Part shown: positions 61,231 through 64,000 of the stretch, in pieces
How the letters are laid out: each line of letters opens with the position of its first letter
How positions within the stretch are numbered: position 1 is the stretch's first letter
Source: Spirochaetales bacterium
GTDB lineage: Bacteria; Spirochaetota; Spirochaetia; JABEVK01
Length of the DNA stretch: 64,000 nucleotides
Assembly: GCA_037142615.1 (NCBI GenBank)
Contig: JBAXAI010000017.1
Span: 1 to 64,000 of the forward strand
Reading direction: 5' to 3'
Translations under genes and position numbers: made by a program
The notes under the pieces: generated by a model
Told to the model about the DNA's origin: nothing
Seen by the model: only the letters and a program-made list of their open reading frames with translations
Databases searched by the model: none

Positions 61231-61503
61231 ATGCGCTGGTTTTGGCAGTCCGAAGACAACAACGCCCTGACCGAGAACGCGGCGTTCATAACGCTGGCCC
61301 AGATCGCCCGCGAGAATGACAGCGAGGCGTCGCGCATCGTGCGCTCGCTGGTGGAGCGCCCCACTTCGGAGCGCGTGCTGCTGGTGGAAAAAGTGGCACG
61401 CCAGTTCGAGGCCGGGGGCGCCGACGCCCAGCTGGTGCAAGCCCTGCGGTTCCTGGCCCGCGACCCCGTGGCCGAGCGGCTACGGCAGCTGATGAACCCC
61501 TGA
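61231..61503 (+). CDS. Hypothetical protein
   Basis: AGGAG RBS; follows the SelB-like gene closely. Confidence 0.6.
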   Translation: MRWFWQSEDNNALTENAAFITLAQIARENDSEASRIVRSLVERPTSERVLLVEKVARQFEAGGADAQLVQALRFLARDPVAERLRQLMNP

Positions 61504-62478
61504 CAGCCTGGCCTGCGCCTCGCGGTCGAGCAAGTCCTCGTAATCCCACGGGCGGTTGAAGCTCGGCGCCTGGTTCTCGCCCTCGCTTCCCGGCAAGTTC
61601 AAACTCCCATTTCCCAGAAGGGCTTCCCAGTCCACGGAAGCGTCGGCCAGCGACGCCAAAGCCGCCCGGGCCTCGATCACGGCCCGGTCAAACAGCTCGA
61701 CGAAACTCTCGTGGCGGACTTGGCCCGAGACCGGGTCTTGCCACGGGCTGTGATCCAGATTGAGGAAGTCGAGCCCGGGCAACGCAATCGGGTGAAAGTA
61801 GTGCAGCGCACCGTGGAGGGCCCCCCGGGCCGCGTGTTCGGGGTTGCTCGGCGACGTGAAGGCCAAAAAGCCGCGCGTGTCGGCCACGGCGTTGCGCAGC
61901 CTCTGCTCCACATCGGCGCGGGCCGACAACTGGGGGAACACCTCGTGCAGGGCCTCGGCCCACGCAGGCCACAGGTCGGCAGGAAAGTCGGCCGGTCCCG
62001 GCAGGTCGTCTTGCCACGAGCACGAGACCAACGGAGCACCCGGCTCGGGCGAGCGGAGCTTCCAGAGCTCCACGTCGAGGATGCGCTCGAGGAACATGTG
62101 GGCGTGCTTGAGCCGGTCGGTGCGCGGGTCACCGGGCACCTTCCAGCCCGAAAAGTACACCACGAAAGGGTGGCCCTGGCGGTCGAGGAACCCGTGAGTG
62201 GCCATGCCCGCCAGCAGCGCCAGCCCCGGGTGGTCGGGGCCCCAGCCGCGCGCCAGGGCCTCGCGGCGGAAGCGCGACAAAAAGCTGCCCCACCCCCGCC
62301 GGTGCAGCCGCGTGCCGTAGAGGAACCCCGCCGGCTTGGTGCGCCGGTTGTGGTAGAACAGGTCGGGCCCTTGGCAACCCAGGCGGAAGGCCGGCGTGTG
62401 CGCGAGCCCGGCCAGTCTGACGGGAAGGGCCGAGGACGCCGCGAGACCGTGCAGGATGTGGCTGAGCTGCGAAGGCAT
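61480..62478 (-). CDS. Zinc-dependent phospholipase C family protein
   Basis: MPSQLSH, LGCQGPDLFYH, THGFLDRQGHPFV and HMFLERILD. Confidence 0.8.
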   Translation of the reverse strand: MPSQLSHILHGLAASSALPVRLAGLAHTPAFRLGCQGPDLFYHNRRTKPAGFLYGTRLHRRGWGSFLSRFRREALARGWGPDHPGLALLAGMATHGFLDRQGHPFVVYFSGWKVPGDPRTDRLKHAHMFLERILDVELWKLRSPEPGAPLVSCSWQDDLPGPADFPADLWPAWAEALHEVFPQLSARADVEQRLRNAVADTRGFLAFTSPSNPEHAARGALHGALHYFHPIALPGLDFLNLDHSPWQDPVSGQVRHESFVELFDRAVIEARAALASLADASVDWEALLGNGSLNLPGSEGENQAPSFNRPWDYEDLLDREAQARLSGVHQLP

Positions 62479-62513
62479 GGTCCATGGTACCACACTTCGC
62501 CCTCCGGCCCGAG

Positions 62514-62542
62514 TTGACTTTTTTTTGGGCCCATGCTAAAAA
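62514..62542 (+). promoter_or_regulatory. tRNA promoter
   Basis: TTGACT-N17-TAAAAA with an extended TG. Confidence 0.55.
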
Positions 62543-62553
62543 CTTCCCTGCAC

Positions 62554-62626
62554 GCCGCTGTAGCTCAGTTGGTAGAGCAGTGGATTGAAAATCCACGTGT
62601 CACCAGTTCGATTCTGGTCGGTGGCA
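62554..62626 (+). tRNA. tRNA-Phe (GAA)
   Basis: Cloverleaf: GCCGCTG acceptor, AGCTCAGTTGGTAGAGC D-arm, GTGGA-TTGAAAA-TCCAC anticodon arm, TTCGATT T-loop; CCA not encoded. Confidence 0.97.
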
Positions 62627-62632
62627 AGCGTG

Positions 62633-62666
62633 AACCGCCCTTGGGAAACCAAGGGCGGTTTTTTTT
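62633..62666 (+). terminator. Intrinsic terminator after tRNA-Phe
   Basis: AACCGCCCTTGG-GAAA-CCAAGGGCGGTT followed by a T run. Confidence 0.92.
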
Positions 62667-62872
62667 GTTAAGGCGGGGTGTCGACGCCGTCGGGGTCTCG
62701 TTGGATTCTTTGGACCGACTTGCCCCCAAACCACAAGACTGAATGTCGAAACGCTGGAAAGCGTAGGCCCCAGTGACTCTGTCGACAGGAGTGCTTGTCC
62801 ACGCTTGGGAGCCGACAATGGCTGGGGTCAGCGACCTTGTTCGACTTTTCCAGATGGGGTTGCATCCTTGAG

Positions 62873-64000
62873 CTAGCGAAGGACACTGGTCTCGAACACG
62901 ACCGGTGGCGTTCCGTCGACCTCGAGCGTGTCATGGCTGTTGGCTCCGTAGTTGACTAGATCAGGGTCGTATTGGTAGGTCGTGTTCTGCAAATTGGCGG
63001 CGACAACCAGTGACGTCAGTCCTGACGCATTCGTGAGGTCGACATCTTCGTTCATTCCTACGACCAAAAAACAGCGGTAGTCACAAGATCCGGTATCTCC
63101 AAGCGGGTCCGTCGATCCCAAAGGGTCGACAATAAAGTCGATTCCTAGCGCAGAATTGGGCGCGGTACTGGCGTACTTGGTCAGGTAGTTGTAGAAATAG
63201 CCGCCGACGGTCGCTTGATCAACTCCTGAGTTTGCAGAAGCGACTGCGATCATTGAGTTTATTTCCGTGTTGAAGGGGTCAGCCATCCAATCCGCCGCAC
63301 TCGATCTTGATCTTGGGTCAACCATGGAAGGGGCGTTGAGACCGGGGTAGTGGTTGCGAGGCGTTACAAGGTATGTGAAGTTTTTGCCAACAACCGAAGC
63401 GGGAACGAACATGATGTAAGCGATGCCACTGAAGTAGCCGGTAGAATCAGTGCCGTATTTGAGCCAGTGATCCGGCAACGTAGCGTAGTACCCCGCAGCC
63501 TTGTACGTATTGCCCTTATATGTGAATGAGATTAGGCAATCCTCGACTCCTGGGAAGTTGCCAGGCACGGATCCATAGACCGCTGGCATCAGCATGAGCG
63601 CTTCGTTAATCACCTGGCCGGAGAGACTGGCGCCATACGCGTAAAAGGTTCTCGGGGTACTGGAGTTGGTCATTGTGGCCCAATCCGCCGGGTTGCCCAC
63701 GCCGCCCGCGGAGAGCGAAAGCGTGATGGGCGTTACCGTGTTTGAACCATTCTGACTGACAAAGACCGACGGGTTATTGGTGACAACGCCGACATTCATC
63801 ACAATGTCTGTCGGTGGGACAGTTGCGACTGCCTTTGTAACCGAGTCAGCTTGTCCGAAAACCAGTTCGAACATGGGAGTTTGATTCGCTTTCTCGTCTG
63901 AAACCGGCGAATCGGAAGGTCCATTCGGACCTAATCCTGATCCGGTGCCTAGGTCGCCGCAACTAGCTAGCAACAGCACGAAACCAAAGGCCCAGATTAC
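62873..64000 (-). CDS. Putative lipoprotein, 5' end outside the window
   Basis: Frame open to the window edge, ...VIWAFGFVLLLASC lipobox; visibly lower GC than the flanking core genes. Confidence 0.7.
   Translation of the reverse strand, partial: VIWAFGFVLLLASCGDLGTGSGLGPNGPSDSPVSDEKANQTPMFELVFGQADSVTKAVATVPPTDIVMNVGVVTNNPSVFVSQNGSNTVTPITLSLSAGGVGNPADWATMTNSSTPRTFYAYGASLSGQVINEALMLMPAVYGSVPGNFPGVEDCLISFTYKGNTYKAAGYYATLPDHWLKYGTDSTGYFSGIAYIMFVPASVVGKNFTYLVTPRNHYPGLNAPSMVDPRSRSSAADWMADPFNTEINSMIAVASANSGVDQATVGGYFYNYLTKYASTAPNSALGIDFIVDPLGSTDPLGDTGSCDYRCFLVVGMNEDVDLTNASGLTSLVVAANLQNTTYQYDPDLVNYGANSHDTLEVDGTPPVVFETSVLR

Overview
GC-rich bacterial chromosome segment, most likely from a spirochaete (Spirochaetia). 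That assignment is inferred from gene content and order: rpsT-HU/Hbb-lnt-response regulator-bactofilin-rho, lnt-galK-like-surE-TPR/NHL, and tatD-M23-bactofilin-YaaR. The window is mostly housekeeping: a SUF Fe-S operon, clpS-clpA-aat, motAB, two heterodimeric ABC exporters, two lnt paralogs, rho, xth, dinB, rRNA methyltransferases and tRNA-Phe. No CRISPR array, transposase, integrase or phage gene was seen. The most interesting observations are: (1) an operon of a LoaP/NusG paralog, a nucleotide-sugar dehydratase, an aminotransferase and a three-subunit xanthine-dehydrogenase-like complex whose molybdenum-site motifs and catalytic Glu are lost while the Fe-S and FAD motifs are kept; (2) an unannotated 20-aa leader peptide plus a UUCG hairpin upstream of an ABC exporter pair; (3) two related structured intergenic repeats with a covarying hairpin; (4) a 49-bp perfect direct repeat bracketing an orphan histidine kinase next to a PIN-toxin remnant; (5) a SelB-like protein without a GTPase domain; (6) apparently widespread leaderless transcription; (7) a GalK homolog with altered catalytic motifs. 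All family assignments come from motif recognition by eye; no database search was run.
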